DNA of 63,839 nucleotides, filler included, from 3 parts of 3 records of this genome joined end to end with filler, not necessarily neighbours in it; one strand, 5' to 3'; counted from the whole stretch's first letter, positions 33,801-44,782 are shown. Program-made: numbers and translations. Notes: generated by a model not told the origin, from the letters alone.

Positions 33801-34374
33801 ACAAATCCCTATTATAGTTGTTTCTGTTCAAAAAGAGTTGCAAAAGCTTACTCCTGCGAGGTTTATCTGCAGGAACAGTTGAAATACTGCTATATAATTG
33901 ATTTGGACGGCTTAATTTATTAGCAATATCACCATCTAAATAACCTTTAATTAAACTTGACAGGTTATCAACTAAGTCCTGTTCTTCCTTTAAAAAAGGA
34001 CCAAAATCGAGATCAGGATGTGAGCTAATGTAAAAGATTTCTAGAGATCCAACACGCTTGTCTATTGTATCAAAATTTTGTCTTAATACCCATTGAGAAC
34101 CCTTAAAATTAACGCTTGTGAATACTTTTCCATCATAAGTTATACGAGCAGTTGTATCCTCCGGATATTGCATACCTCTGGGAATAGCACCAGATATTAA
34201 ATGAAGAGCTTCGTCTATATTTTTGGCTTCCTTTAAAATTCTTACTGTTTCGTTTATACAAGCAAGCTCTTTTAAACGCTCTTTGTTTTCAGCTTTGAGT
34301 TTTTCATATTGAGCCCGACTTAAATCTTTGTCTGATCTTGTATTTCCGTCATCGTAGTCTTCAATATTAGTCAT
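30895..34374 (-). CDS. PEP synthase/PPDK-like ATP-grasp protein with N-terminal sensory and receiver-like domains; no pyruvate-binding barrel
   Basis: GGKGRGL, AVRSS..ED....FAG.F.T, MAVVIQE, GLG..VV.G, EIEFA and LLQ..P of PPDK_N; ILLVAS and IILVED receiver-like segments; C-terminal SSGSHFFHN. Confidence 0.85.
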   Translation of the reverse strand: MTNIEDYDDGNTRSDKDLSRAQYEKLKAENKERLKELACINETVRILKEAKNIDEALHLISGAIPRGMQYPEDTTARITYDGKVFTSVNFKGSQWVLRQNFDTIDKRVGSLEIFYISSHPDLDFGPFLKEEQDLVDNLSSLIKGYLDGDIANKLSRPNQLYSSISTVPADKPRRSKLLQLFLNRNNYNRDLYHDLMPFKIKEILLVASLYDAFSIESGGRFSEYVLRQYERLNLTSVPRITGVSDADDAMEHLKAKHYDMVIMMVGLDTTKPLGLGARIKEAFPYLPVFALLNSSENLIKLETKRKELPVIDKIFVWKGDSQVFFSMIKLIEDKINVDNDTRQGLVRVIILVEDAAPYYSRYLPMLYNIVMEQTRRIIDDVSTDDLYKVLRLRTRPKILLANTYEEAIRIYKKYSNQLLCLITDVEFEREGKLDKHAGIQLVREIKSEKKELPVVIQSSDQKFEYVAEELDAAFIDKKSESLMQDLRTFILHYLGFGNFVFRDLHGREIAVARSLREFENLLHTIPEESLIFHANKNHFSLWLMARGEIQVAHILHPAQIADFPSAQDLRNYIITILNKFRNEQNKGKVVPFHVSDIDDPTSIVLLGEGNLGGKGRGLAFVNTLIHNYDFSQLVQGINIVTPNTCMIGTDEFLKFMDINNLRQKVYDEKDYNKIRQWFLESQFSEMISDRLYKLLKFIDKPIAVRSSGMFEDSIQQPFAGIFETYILPNSDPDIKIRQQQLEEAIKLVYASVFSKLARGYVEAISYKIEEEMMAVVIQEVVGNQYGDYFYPHISGVAQSYNYYPVSHMEPDDGMAVMGIGLGKYVVDGEKAYRFSPKYPQTLVHSLKDLYKDSQVEFYAVDMKRKEVNFEQGDMAGLIRLDIYEAEMHGTLKHCASVYDPDGDRLISGLNYAGPRIINFANILQHNYIPLSKTIEAVLDIVEEALGSPVEIEFAVDLNKDKDGKASFYLLQIKPQISSWEGYSFEEDDLKGENIILYTDKAMGNGIIEDISDIVIIDKNKFDKTGTKEMAEEVEAFNDSLKAENRNYLLIGPGRWGTRDPWIGIPVDWPQISNAKVIVETDLDGFPLEASSGSHFFHNVTSMNVGYFSINQGKSKQMINWDFIYNQPLHDEKKFFKHYRLDSPFTIKMDGKKRNGAVIE

Positions 34375-34580
34375 AGGTATGCAATTATGTATATACTAAT
34401 TATTGTAAATGATAATCATCTAGCAAAGGCAATTTACAGTTTAAAGGTCAGATACCCAAAATAATCGTTCTTATTTAAAATGATTTTGAATATTTACATT
34501 AATGACCAATTCAGAGTATATTTTACTGCAAATATTTTGTCTAATAAATTAATAATCTATAAATTGACGGTGCTAACTAA

Positions 34581-35945
<1,365 letters not shown>

Positions 35946-35961
35946 TCATATAAATCAAAAT

Positions 35962-35995
35962 AAAAATGCCGGGGAATCTTCTCCGGCATTTTTTT
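35962..35995. terminator. Bidirectional intrinsic terminator after gdhA
   Basis: AAAAATGCCGGGGA-atct-TCTCCGGCATTTTTTT between convergent genes. Confidence 0.88.
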
Positions 35996-36019
35996 ATAGC
36001 TAATCTTTTTATTTAAAAT

Positions 36020-36526
36020 CTATTTCTGAATTCCAAGGTTCAATAAACTAGAGCTAATTTTTAGCTTTTTTGCAGAGGTTCCATTTGTAGTAATTTCAAA
36101 CTTTGGTTTATTCCCAACAACGATAAAGTTAATATCGGCGCCATCAGCAATACCAGATTTTGAATCAGATATCAATAATGTACTTTTTGTACCAATAGCA
36201 CCTTTTGCAGAAGAAACAATACTAGCTTTTGCTGCAGGTACATATAAAATATGAGGATTTCCTACTTCATTTATAGTATTAACTTTGGTTACTTTAATAC
36301 TTTGTGTTCCAGCCTTTTTCGATTTTGCTAGCTGCACTAATTCATTATATATTGGATCGTTACCTAGAACAGTAATATTGAATGTTCCTGACTTGTAGGC
36401 TGATGGCCATTCTATTAACTTTATAAAATTATAAATAAAGATAGATTGGATTTTTGCTGTATTCTGCGCATAACTTATGCTCGAAAGCATAAATATTGCT
36501 ATGATGCTAATTAAAATTTTCTTCAT
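36020..36526 (-). CDS. YfiR/HmsC-family (DUF4154) periplasmic protein
   Basis: Signal peptide; FIYNFIKLIEWP; INF......KFEI......LKISSSLL.L. Confidence 0.85.
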   Translation of the reverse strand: MKKILISIIAIFMLSSISYAQNTAKIQSIFIYNFIKLIEWPSAYKSGTFNITVLGNDPIYNELVQLAKSKKAGTQSIKVTKVNTINEVGNPHILYVPAAKASIVSSAKGAIGTKSTLLISDSKSGIADGADINFIVVGNKPKFEITTNGTSAKKLKISSSLLNLGIQK

Positions 36527-36604
36527 TGACAGCTCTTCTTAGGTTTGTTTGTTATCGTAAAGTTAAAAAAAACAATTTATTAACAAAATAATAACTTTCA
36601 AAAA

Positions 36605-36940
36605 TCAGTCCAAAGTAATTTCCTGAATTTCATCAATAGTAATTAAGGCTTTTTTGTTTGTTTTTTTTAGCATCTTTTTAATGATTTCGGTAAAGTGCAA
36701 AATTTTTTCTGAAGTATCAATTATCATAACAGTAATAGGCAGATCATGCGATAACGCAAAAAAGCGGTAACTTCTAATCTTGCTTTCCTGGCCAAAGGAC
36801 ATGATACCTTTAGTTACAGTAGCTCCCGCCATATCTGATTTTTTAGCTGCGTATACAATAGCCTCATACAAAGGTGTTTGTCTGTAGTGTGCTGATTCAC
36901 CTATTGTAATGCAAAGTCTTTTTTTGCTGATGGTTTGCAT
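36605..36940 (-). CDS. DUF190 (PII-like) protein, typically encoded next to crcB
   Basis: L.I.IGE......PLYEAIV.......AGATV.KGI..FG...LS.DLPI; the start MQTIS at 36940 avoids overlap with crcB. Confidence 0.88.
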   Translation of the reverse strand: MQTISKKRLCITIGESAHYRQTPLYEAIVYAAKKSDMAGATVTKGIMSFGQESKIRSYRFFALSHDLPITVMIIDTSEKILHFTEIIKKMLKKTNKKALITIDEIQEITLD

Positions 36941-36945
36941 ATATA

Positions 36946-37326
36946 TTAGGTTAAAACTCTTACGAGTATTATCCCTGAATATAAGAAAATAAAACCTAAA
37001 ATCACAGAAAGTAATGTGTACAGTAGTGAAAAAATAAATTGTTGATTGGCTAATAACTGGTAATTGTCTAATGAAAAAGTTGAAAATGTGGTAAAAGCTC
37101 CGCAAAAGCCAATGGCAAGAAAATTACGCCACATAGGAGATAGTATATTATTTCTTACACTTAAAGCAAATATTACCCCAATAATAAAGCTACCTAAAAT
37201 ATTCACAATCATAGTGCCCCATGGAAATGAGGAATTAGCTTCTTCCTGGATTATTTTGGACAAAATATATCGGGAAACAGAGCCTAAGAAACCGCCAAGT
37301 CCAATTATAAGTAATTTGTAAATCAT
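36946..37326 (-). CDS. crcB: Fluoride efflux channel Fluc/CrcB
   Basis: GGFLGSVSRY, FPWGT..VN..GSF and GFCGAFTTFSTF; likely start MIYKLL at 37326. Confidence 0.95.
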   Translation of the reverse strand: MIYKLLIIGLGGFLGSVSRYILSKIIQEEANSSFPWGTMIVNILGSFIIGVIFALSVRNNILSPMWRNFLAIGFCGAFTTFSTFSLDNYQLLANQQFIFSLLYTLLSVILGFIFLYSGIILVRVLT

Positions 37327-37330
37327 TTGT

Positions 37331-37368
37331 AAAAAATTAAAGCGGACCAAATTGATCCGCTTTAAAAG
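37331..37368 (-). terminator. Intrinsic terminator after the oxidoreductase gamma gene
   Basis: Minus strand TTAAAGCGGATC-AATTT-GGTCCGCTTTAA-TTTTTT. Confidence 0.7.
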
Positions 37369-37382
37369 TAATAATTTTATCG

Positions 37383-37934
37383 TTATACAGTTTGAACTTC
37401 CTGCACAACCTCTTGACCTTTCTGAATTGCTTCAAGGTTAAGTGGGATTAATTTATGATAACGCTCAGGTAGTGATTTCTCAAGACCTTTCTCAACGTTT
37501 TCATTTTTAACAATTGGCTTGATTTTTAAGAAAGCACCTAAAATAATCATATTGAATGTTTTCGGGTTGCCCATTTTGGCAGCTTCCTCAGCTCCTTCAA
37601 TTTTATAAATATTGATATCCTTTCGTGAAGGAGGAGTCGTAATTCCGTTTGGATCGTATAGTAATACGCCACCTGGTTTTACTGTTTCTTCAAATTTATC
37701 AAGCGACTGCTGGTTCAAAATAATAGCAGTATCATAGGTATTTAAAATTGGCGAACTAATTCTGTTATCACTAAGAATAACAGTAACATTAGCAGTTCCA
37801 CCACGCATTTCAGGGCCATAAGATGGCATCCAGCTTACTTCCTGATCTTGCATAATGCCTGAATAGGCCAAAATTTTACCCATTGAAAGTACACCTTGTC
37901 CACCGAATCCGGCTATAATGATTTCTTCTTTCAT
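37383..37934 (-). CDS. 2-oxoacid:ferredoxin oxidoreductase gamma subunit
   Basis: AGFGGQGV, PSYGPEMRGG and N.I.LGA. Confidence 0.93.
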   Translation of the reverse strand: MKEEIIIAGFGGQGVLSMGKILAYSGIMQDQEVSWMPSYGPEMRGGTANVTVILSDNRISSPILNTYDTAIILNQQSLDKFEETVKPGGVLLYDPNGITTPPSRKDINIYKIEGAEEAAKMGNPKTFNMIILGAFLKIKPIVKNENVEKGLEKSLPERYHKLIPLNLEAIQKGQEVVQEVQTV

Positions 37935-37960
37935 CTTTTTATAATTTTAGCTATTCAACA

Positions 37961-38722
37961 TTATTCGTCTTTTAAGACACCTAGTTCATAGAAAGGAAAC
38001 ATGTGCTCTTTCATCCATTTATTTGAAGCATCCGGAGATAATTTCCAGCCTGAACTACATGTTCCAACAACTTCGATAAATGATGTTCCTTTTTTCTCAT
38101 CTACATTGTCAAAAGCTTTACGAATAGCCTTTTTTAGCTTACGTACAGCTCCAGCAGTTTCAGCTGAATGACGCGCAACAAAAGCAGTTCCTGGTAATGT
38201 AGCTACAATCTCAGTCATTTTCATTGGGTTTCCAGCTAATTTAACATCACGTCCGTATGGACTTGTAGATGTAGGCATTCCAGGTAATGTAGTAGGGGCC
38301 ATTTGACCTCCTGTCATTCCATAAATACCATTATTGATAAACACAACAACGATATTTTCACCACGGTTACATGCATGTAAGATTTCTGCAGCACCAATTG
38401 AAGCTAAATCACCATCGCCTTGATAAGTAAATACATATTTATCAGGCAATAATCTGGCAACAGCTGTTGCAACAGCTGGAGCTCTTCCGTGTGCAGCTTC
38501 CTGCCAATCAATATCAAGATAGTTATACGCTAATACAGAACATCCTACAGGTGATACACCTATGGTTTTATCTTGTATATCTTTTTCTTCGATAACTTCT
38601 GCTATAACTTTATGTACAACACCATGTGTACATCCCGGACAATAGTGCATTACATTGTCGGTAAGGACTTTCGTCTTTTTATAGGCAAGGTTTTCTTCCT
38701 TGATAATATCTTTTACGTCCAT
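37961..38722 (-). CDS. 2-oxoacid:ferredoxin oxidoreductase beta (TPP-binding) subunit
   Basis: YCPGCTHG, GC, HGRA, QGDGD...NN..YGMTGGQ; the start MDVKD at 38722 avoids overlap with alpha. Confidence 0.93.
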   Translation of the reverse strand: MDVKDIIKEENLAYKKTKVLTDNVMHYCPGCTHGVVHKVIAEVIEEKDIQDKTIGVSPVGCSVLAYNYLDIDWQEAAHGRAPAVATAVARLLPDKYVFTYQGDGDLASIGAAEILHACNRGENIVVVFINNGIYGMTGGQMAPTTLPGMPTSTSPYGRDVKLAGNPMKMTEIVATLPGTAFVARHSAETAGAVRKLKKAIRKAFDNVDEKKGTSFIEVVGTCSSGWKLSPDASNKWMKEHMFPFYELGVLKDE

Positions 38723-38726
38723 TTGT

Positions 38727-39812
38727 TTAGCCTTTAATAATTTGTTCTTCCAATGCTTTAACAATTTCTTCTGGACTTGGAATAATACCTCCAAATCGTC
38801 CGAAATGCTTCACAGGTATACCACATCCAACAGAAAGTTGTACATCTTCAACCATTTGACCAGCACTCATTTCAACACTAAGCATTCCTTTTACCTGTTT
38901 GGCTAACTTACCAATCTCTTTTTTAGGGAATGGGTAAAGTGTAATTGGTCTTAATAGCCCAACTTTAATACCTTTTTCACGAGCTATTTCAACAGCTTTC
39001 ATACAAATACGAGAGCTTGATCCATATGCTACAAAAAGGTATTCAGCATCTTCTAACATGTGTGATTCAAAACGTACTTCTTTTTCTTCAAGTTCACGGT
39101 ATTTTTTCTGCAATTTAATATTGAACTGTTCTTGTAATTCAGATTGAAGCTCTAAGGATGTTACAACTACTTTCTCTTTGCCTTTAGTTTTTCCTGTAGT
39201 AGCCCAATCACCATACTTTTCAATAACCTCTTGATCAGTCATTCTAGGCTTGAAATCCTTCAATTCTACTTTTTCCATCATTTGACCAATCATACCATCA
39301 GTCAAAATCATTGAAGGAGTTCTGTATTTAAATGCTAATTCGAATCCAAGCTCAACAAAATCAGCCATTTCCTGAACTGAGTTAGGTGCTAACACAATTA
39401 AATGATAATCACCATGACCACCACCTTTAGTAGCCTGGAAGTAATCTGATTGTGCAGGCTGAATAGTACCAAGACCTGGACCTCCTCTAACTACGTTAAC
39501 TACCAGGGCTGGAAGTTCAGCTCCCGCAATGTATGAAATTGCTTCCATCTTTAAGCTTACACCGGGACTTGACGATGATGTCATTACTTTTTTACCACAT
39601 GCAGCACCACCATATACCATGTTGGCTGCAGCTACTTCACTCTCAGCCTGTAATACAACCATACCTGTTTCTTCCCATGGTTTACGGGCCATAAGTGTTT
39701 CTATAACTTCTGATTGAGGTGTAATGGGATATCCAAAATAACCATCTACTCCATAGCGGATGGCTGCTTCGGCTATTGCCTCATTACCCTTCATTAATCT
39801 TAATTCTCCCAT
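38727..39812 (-). CDS. 2-oxoacid:ferredoxin oxidoreductase alpha subunit (VorB-like, branched-chain type)
   Basis: GNEAIAEAA, GYPITPQSE, TSSSSPG and RGGPGLG. Confidence 0.92.
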   Translation of the reverse strand: MGELRLMKGNEAIAEAAIRYGVDGYFGYPITPQSEVIETLMARKPWEETGMVVLQAESEVAAANMVYGGAACGKKVMTSSSSPGVSLKMEAISYIAGAELPALVVNVVRGGPGLGTIQPAQSDYFQATKGGGHGDYHLIVLAPNSVQEMADFVELGFELAFKYRTPSMILTDGMIGQMMEKVELKDFKPRMTDQEVIEKYGDWATTGKTKGKEKVVVTSLELQSELQEQFNIKLQKKYRELEEKEVRFESHMLEDAEYLFVAYGSSSRICMKAVEIAREKGIKVGLLRPITLYPFPKKEIGKLAKQVKGMLSVEMSAGQMVEDVQLSVGCGIPVKHFGRFGGIIPSPEEIVKALEEQIIKG

Positions 39813-39855
39813 TATTTAAGAGTTTTAAATTTTTAGTGATTGATGATTTTAGCAA

Positions 39856-40089
39856 TTAAGCTTGTTGCAGTTTTACTTTGTAAACTGTAATAACTGTGTC
39901 AGGACAAACTAACCCACAGTTTGAACAGCCTATACAAGCTTCAGGATCCTTCATGTAGGCATAATTATATCCTTTTCCATTTACGTTAGGAGATAATGCT
40001 AAAGTGTCTGTAGGGCACTCAACTACGCAAAGGTTGCATCCTTTGCATTTTTCAGTGTCTACAACAACTGCTCCTCTTACTTTTGCCAT
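39856..40089 (-). CDS. 2[4Fe-4S] ferredoxin-like delta subunit
   Basis: CKGCNLCVVECP and CIGCSNCGLVCP. Confidence 0.95.
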   Translation of the reverse strand: MAKVRGAVVVDTEKCKGCNLCVVECPTDTLALSPNVNGKGYNYAYMKDPEACIGCSNCGLVCPDTVITVYKVKLQQA

Positions 40090-40205
40090 AGTCTTTTATT
40101 TTAAATTATAGTGATACAAATGTACTGATTATTAACTTATTTTAGGAATTTGCAATGTGCTAAGTCGCTTACTATTCCTTATTTATCATGACTTTAAATA
40201 ATGAT

Positions 40206-41528
40206 TTACTGAATCGGAAAATCTTCACTAAATCTTTGTAATCTATATTCTAAATCGTCAAATTGTGAACGTGCAATTTGAGATACACAGGCTCTCAATC
40301 CATCTACATGATCGCTTCCTGCTCCACGTAGTGAAATGGCACTAATTCCATAATACAAAAGATTTTCAATTAAATCTCCACCTTTCATCCCAGGATAAGC
40401 AATGGTAAAATAAAAACCATCAGCCAAATCTTCATCCAGATCTTTATCGTAAATGATATCGAAACCGTATTTTGTAAAGAGCTTTTTCATAATTTTTGCT
40501 CTTTCACCGTATTCCTTTACAGGTTCAACAAAGTTGAAATTTCCATCGCTTGCAGCTTTCAACATGGCAGCTAATGCATGTTGTGCTGAGTGGGAAGCTC
40601 CTGAACTCAAACTATACAATAGTCTGAATACTATAGTGTAACCCAATCTATCTGCCCCAAATCTTTCCTTTAAATCAGGGTAAGATCTATTGTAAAGTTT
40701 ATCAGAAATAGCCATTACTGCCATACGTTGTCCAGCATAACTAAACACTTTTGAGCTTGAAATAAGCATAATCCAATTATCAGTGTAATTGGCAACTGAT
40801 GGCTGATAAGGTGGTTTTCCGGGAGTAGCTAAATCTTTCCTAAAATCCATTCCAAAATAAGCCAAGTCTTCTATAACGATAGCATCATATTTATTGGCTA
40901 ATTCACCTATAATTTTTAGTTCTTCGTCATTCAGACAAATCCAACTAGGATTGTTCGGATTAGAGAAAATGATACTGTTTATATTACCCTTACTTAAAAT
41001 CGATTCTAGTTTGTCTTTAAGCTTATCACCTCTATAATTATAGACATCAAATGAAGTGAATTTAGTTCCAATTACTTTGAATTGTTGTTTTTGAATAGGA
41101 AAGCCAGGATCAATGAACAATGCTGTATCTTTAGTTTTATCCATGTAACTTACAGCCTGAAATGCAGCATAACCTCCTTGCATTGAACCGGTAGTGGCCA
41201 CACATCCTTCTGGTTTAATATCGATGTTCATGAATTTTTTAATAAACTCAGCAGTAGCCTCTTTTAACTCAGGAATTCCTTCGATACTAGGGTATATGCT
41301 TGCTACACCTTTTTTTAGGGCGGCAATTTCAGCATCTGTTCCTATTTGTTCCGGTTTTAAGCCTGGAACGCCCATTTCCATTCGGATGTATTTATCTCCT
41401 GTATCAGCTTGTATTAAGTCAACAACTTTAACAATTTCCCTGATAGTAGCTGTACTTAAATCAGGAATATTTAGTGATGTAATATGCTTGTGTACTACAT
41501 CATAATTTATAGGTGTTTGCTTTGTCAT
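40206..41528 (-). CDS. PLP-dependent aminotransferase, class I/II
   Basis: NPNNP, EDLAY and SSSKVFSYAGQR (PLP lysine). Confidence 0.92.
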   Translation of the reverse strand: MTKQTPINYDVVHKHITSLNIPDLSTATIREIVKVVDLIQADTGDKYIRMEMGVPGLKPEQIGTDAEIAALKKGVASIYPSIEGIPELKEATAEFIKKFMNIDIKPEGCVATTGSMQGGYAAFQAVSYMDKTKDTALFIDPGFPIQKQQFKVIGTKFTSFDVYNYRGDKLKDKLESILSKGNINSIIFSNPNNPSWICLNDEELKIIGELANKYDAIVIEDLAYFGMDFRKDLATPGKPPYQPSVANYTDNWIMLISSSKVFSYAGQRMAVMAISDKLYNRSYPDLKERFGADRLGYTIVFRLLYSLSSGASHSAQHALAAMLKAASDGNFNFVEPVKEYGERAKIMKKLFTKYGFDIIYDKDLDEDLADGFYFTIAYPGMKGGDLIENLLYYGISAISLRGAGSDHVDGLRACVSQIARSQFDDLEYRLQRFSEDFPIQ

Positions 41529-41535
41529 AATTAGG

Positions 41536-42414
41536 TTATTTTATTTCAATTACAAGGAATTGCGTATTTGACCAGAATTTTACCGGATCAATAATTTCAA
41601 TACTATCTACAGGTTTTTCGCCGTGTAATTTATAACTACCCTCAGGGTGAGGAGTTACAATTCTTACCTTTTTCGCATTAAGCGTAATAGACTTTAATTT
41701 GAATTTATTGGTTTCGGTAAAATACTCTTTATTTAGGTTATCTTTTAATTTACGTGCTTTCCCAATACCAAGAACACCGCCTTCTTTTGTAATTACATTA
41801 GCTTCTCTGAGCTCTTTTTGAGTGCCATAGGCGTAATATACAGTATTCATTTCTTCTTGTTGGTAAGCTATAATAGCTTCCTGTTGACGTCTTAAAGTAT
41901 TTAAAGTGTCTACGAGCCCTTTAAGATCGATTATTTTGCCTTGCATTCTTTCTAATTGATTTTTTAAATGCTCAATTTCAATAATCTTCTCGTCCATTTG
42001 CTGGTTCATCCGTTCAATAAGCTGCTTGAGATCTTTATTTTGATTGTTATTATTTTTAATCTGATTATTTAGTTTGGTTAGCTTGCGTCTATTTGCAATA
42101 AGCTTATTGTAAATGCTCGAAATATCATTAGTTATTTGATCTTTGGCATCTGGCTGGTTCTCAATGTCAGAAGCCGCAATACTTGAAATAATTTGCTCTT
42201 GCTGTTTTATAGTATCCAGGTTTGCCTGAATGAAATTGATAGATGATGTTAATTCATGAAGATTGGCATGTGCTTCGGCTCTTTCTCTTTTAAGTTTCAG
42301 GTTTTCTTCCTTGAGTTTTTTTACATCTTCGCTATTGGGACTCATACAGCTTGTTAAAGTAAAGATAACTGTCAGAAAAAGAACTAGATAAGGATTTGAA
42401 ATAAATCTTTTCAT
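41536..42414 (-). CDS. Coiled-coil lipoprotein (resembles Bacteroidota Cbp1-like proteins)
   Basis: Lipobox LTSC; long heptad region; C-terminal 'YYAYGT.KEL...GGVLG...HP.GSY.L...FWS...LVI'. Confidence 0.7.
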   Translation of the reverse strand: MKRFISNPYLVLFLTVIFTLTSCMSPNSEDVKKLKEENLKLKRERAEAHANLHELTSSINFIQANLDTIKQQEQIISSIAASDIENQPDAKDQITNDISSIYNKLIANRRKLTKLNNQIKNNNNQNKDLKQLIERMNQQMDEKIIEIEHLKNQLERMQGKIIDLKGLVDTLNTLRRQQEAIIAYQQEEMNTVYYAYGTQKELREANVITKEGGVLGIGKARKLKDNLNKEYFTETNKFKLKSITLNAKKVRIVTPHPEGSYKLHGEKPVDSIEIIDPVKFWSNTQFLVIEIK

Positions 42415-43172
42415 GCGCTTAAGTATTGATTTTTAATTATATGTAATTCATCTTTGATAATGTCTTTTCCCGGTAAAGATTCAATTAACCATTGCAGGTG
42501 ACCTTGCTTTCTGAACAGGGTTAAAGTAGACTCATAATTAACGTCGAAAATCCAACTTAATTGGATAAGTCTAAAATCAACTGCAGTTTTCATATCGTTT
42601 AAATTGGCTAGCTCTTTTCTGCGAATACTCTCTAGAATAGGCGTAGAGAAAGCGAGTTCTTCTGATTGATTGAGTAAGAGTGTCTTTTTATCTATGTTAG
42701 GTTCTTGCAATTGCTGCCTCATAACTCTGAAGATATCAACTTTGTCAGCATCTCTTAAAACCTTTATAAAAGGCAATTCATTCTCAGTGACTTTATTCTC
42801 TGGAATATCCTTTTTATTATGATAGTGTATGGCAGAAAGTATGATGTTTTTATACTTAGAATCAATAACATCCAAAAGATTGTTCTCTTTGATCACTTTG
42901 ATAGAAATTGCAGCATGATCTTCAGACTCTTTATCATTAAAGGTGCGGTATTGATGGAATTGTTCAAATCTTCCACAATCATGCAAAATACCAATAATTT
43001 CTGCTACTTCTGCATCTGCTTCATTAAAGCCTTCCTGAATTGCAATTTGAAATGAGTTATGAGCGACCTGTATGGAATGTTGATATTTAAGTTCGTGTGT
43101 TGGTGCATCAGCACCTTGTCTATACGCTGATGTGTAGGAGTCAAACCAATTGTAAATATTATTTTTCAACAA
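42411..43172 (-). CDS. HD-domain metal-dependent phosphohydrolase
   Basis: H..LK..HS, LHDCGRFEQ, DH, HN and RDADK.D. Confidence 0.88.
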   Translation of the reverse strand: MLKNNIYNWFDSYTSAYRQGADAPTHELKYQHSIQVAHNSFQIAIQEGFNEADAEVAEIIGILHDCGRFEQFHQYRTFNDKESEDHAAISIKVIKENNLLDVIDSKYKNIILSAIHYHNKKDIPENKVTENELPFIKVLRDADKVDIFRVMRQQLQEPNIDKKTLLLNQSEELAFSTPILESIRRKELANLNDMKTAVDFRLIQLSWIFDVNYESTLTLFRKQGHLQWLIESLPGKDIIKDELHIIKNQYLSA

Positions 43173-43266
43173 CGATTACATTAATTGTTTATGTAAAAAT
43201 ATAAAAATATGGCATATATTCATAAATATTTGACATGTTTCCGAACATTTTTTAATACATTTCAAT

Positions 43267-43301
43267 AAAAAACAGGGCATTTATCTATGAAAATGCCCTG
43301 T
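43267..43301 (-). terminator. Intrinsic terminator downstream of the PhoH2 gene
   Basis: ACAGGGCATTT-atctatga-AAATGCCCTGT with a minus-strand T-tract. Confidence 0.8.
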
Positions 43302-43398
43302 AGTTAGTTAAAATATCTAAATTATTCTTTATCGCTTCATAAATAAAGAAAAAAAGACTTATTTGTTATCTTATTGTTCTGATTAATAGTTAATTACA

Positions 43399-44727
43399 TT
43401 ATAATAAATCACTTGCTATTTCAGCTAGCATACTTCTTTCACCTCTAACCAAATGAATGTGTCCAAATAATTCTTGGGAACGCATCCGATCTGTTAAGTA
43501 GGATAAACCATTAGATCTTATATCAAGATAAGGTGAATCAATTTGTTGAATATCGCCAGTGAATACAATTTTCGTATTATCCCCAGCACGAGTGATGATT
43601 GTTTTAACCTCGTGTGGAGTTAAATTCTGTGCTTCATCAATTATGAAATATACATTTGATAAGCTGCGACCTCTGATATAAGCCAAAGGTGTAATTTTAA
43701 GTTTATCATCTTTCAACATTTCCTCTATTCGCATAAAAAACTTACTATTCGACTTGAATTGCTGTTTTATTACACCCAGGTTATCAAATAACGGTTGCAT
43801 ATATGGACCAATTTTGTCATCCACATCACCAGGTAAATAACCTAAATCACGATTAGAAAGAGGAACAATTGGTCTGGCAAGTAGAATTTGACTAAAGGAT
43901 TGTTCTTGTGAAAGAGCTGCTGCTAAAGCTAAAAGTGTTTTACCTGTACCAGCTTTTCCTGTAATAGAAACTAATGGTAGTTTTTTATTTGTTAAAGCAT
44001 CCAGTGCGAAGGTTTGTTCCGCATTTCGAGGATCTATTCCATAGGTTTTTTGCTTTTCAACTCTTCTAATAACCTTTAAGTGGGGGTCGTAAAATCCTAA
44101 TGCAGAACTATTTAATCCTTGTAGGATAAGGAATTGATTAGGTATGGGTTGAAAATCAAAATTAAACTTATCTATTTCAATTTCAGGAGATCCGTTGTAT
44201 AGTTTTGCAATTAATTCATCACTTATATTAGTAACGGTTTTAACCTCCTCAAAGATATTTTCAATCTTTTCTACCTTATCTGTTTCATAATCCTCGCTAG
44301 GCATTCCCATAGCTTTGGCTTTAAGCCTGAGATTGATGTCCTTCGAAATAAATATAACAGGTTTCCTTTTTGCAGCTTTAACCTGCAATGCAATAGACAA
44401 TATTCTGTGATCAGGTGTATCGGCCGGAAATGAATCACGAAACTCTTGAGAATAGGGTTTTCCCGTTTCAACAAATAGTTTACCTTTTTTGGGACCCAGA
44501 CTAATTCCGGTATTGAAAAGTCTATCGTCAGATAACTTGCCAAGTGTTCTTGCTATTTGACGGGCATTGTAGTTGATTTGATCATGACCTTTTTTAAATT
44601 TATCAAGTTCCTCAAGTACTGTGATTGGCAAAACAACATCATGTTCATCAAATTGGTTGAGGCATTGAAAATCGTGCAGTAAAACATTAGTATCCAGCAC
44701 AAATACTTTTTTCTGTTTTTTGGGCAT
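43399..44727 (-). CDS. PhoH2-type PIN + PhoH ATPase
   Basis: PIN FVLDTNVLLHD...SKD..LR; GKAGTGKT; RGRS, DEAQN and GD..QID. Confidence 0.94.
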   Translation of the reverse strand: MPKKQKKVFVLDTNVLLHDFQCLNQFDEHDVVLPITVLEELDKFKKGHDQINYNARQIARTLGKLSDDRLFNTGISLGPKKGKLFVETGKPYSQEFRDSFPADTPDHRILSIALQVKAAKRKPVIFISKDINLRLKAKAMGMPSEDYETDKVEKIENIFEEVKTVTNISDELIAKLYNGSPEIEIDKFNFDFQPIPNQFLILQGLNSSALGFYDPHLKVIRRVEKQKTYGIDPRNAEQTFALDALTNKKLPLVSITGKAGTGKTLLALAAALSQEQSFSQILLARPIVPLSNRDLGYLPGDVDDKIGPYMQPLFDNLGVIKQQFKSNSKFFMRIEEMLKDDKLKITPLAYIRGRSLSNVYFIIDEAQNLTPHEVKTIITRAGDNTKIVFTGDIQQIDSPYLDIRSNGLSYLTDRMRSQELFGHIHLVRGERSMLAEIASDLL

Positions 44728-44782
44728 AGGGCAATTTAGTTTAAGTATTGCTTAAATGTATTAAAAAATAAAAGCGTATTAT

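Noticed and set aside
36941-37105. N-terminal extension of the DUF190 ORF; likewise extensions of ORFs ending at 38794 and 60739
   Set aside because: The extensions overlap neighbouring genes or precede the conserved N-terminus; downstream ATGs at 36940, 38722 and 60703 fit the families.
37327-37382. Fluoride riboswitch upstream of crcB
   Set aside because: The ~55-nt spacer holds only a terminator-like hairpin; the conserved GGCGATGG...TGATG core is absent.
43399-44727. PIN-PhoH as part of a toxin-antitoxin or defence system
   Set aside because: No adjacent antitoxin ORF; a standard stand-alone PhoH2 in a housekeeping context.
44741-44755. TTAAG-N5-CTTAA dyad in the phoH2/folC divergent region as a second site for the 54.7-kb array binder
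   Set aside because: Single occurrence with different spacing in very AT-rich DNA; compatible with chance.
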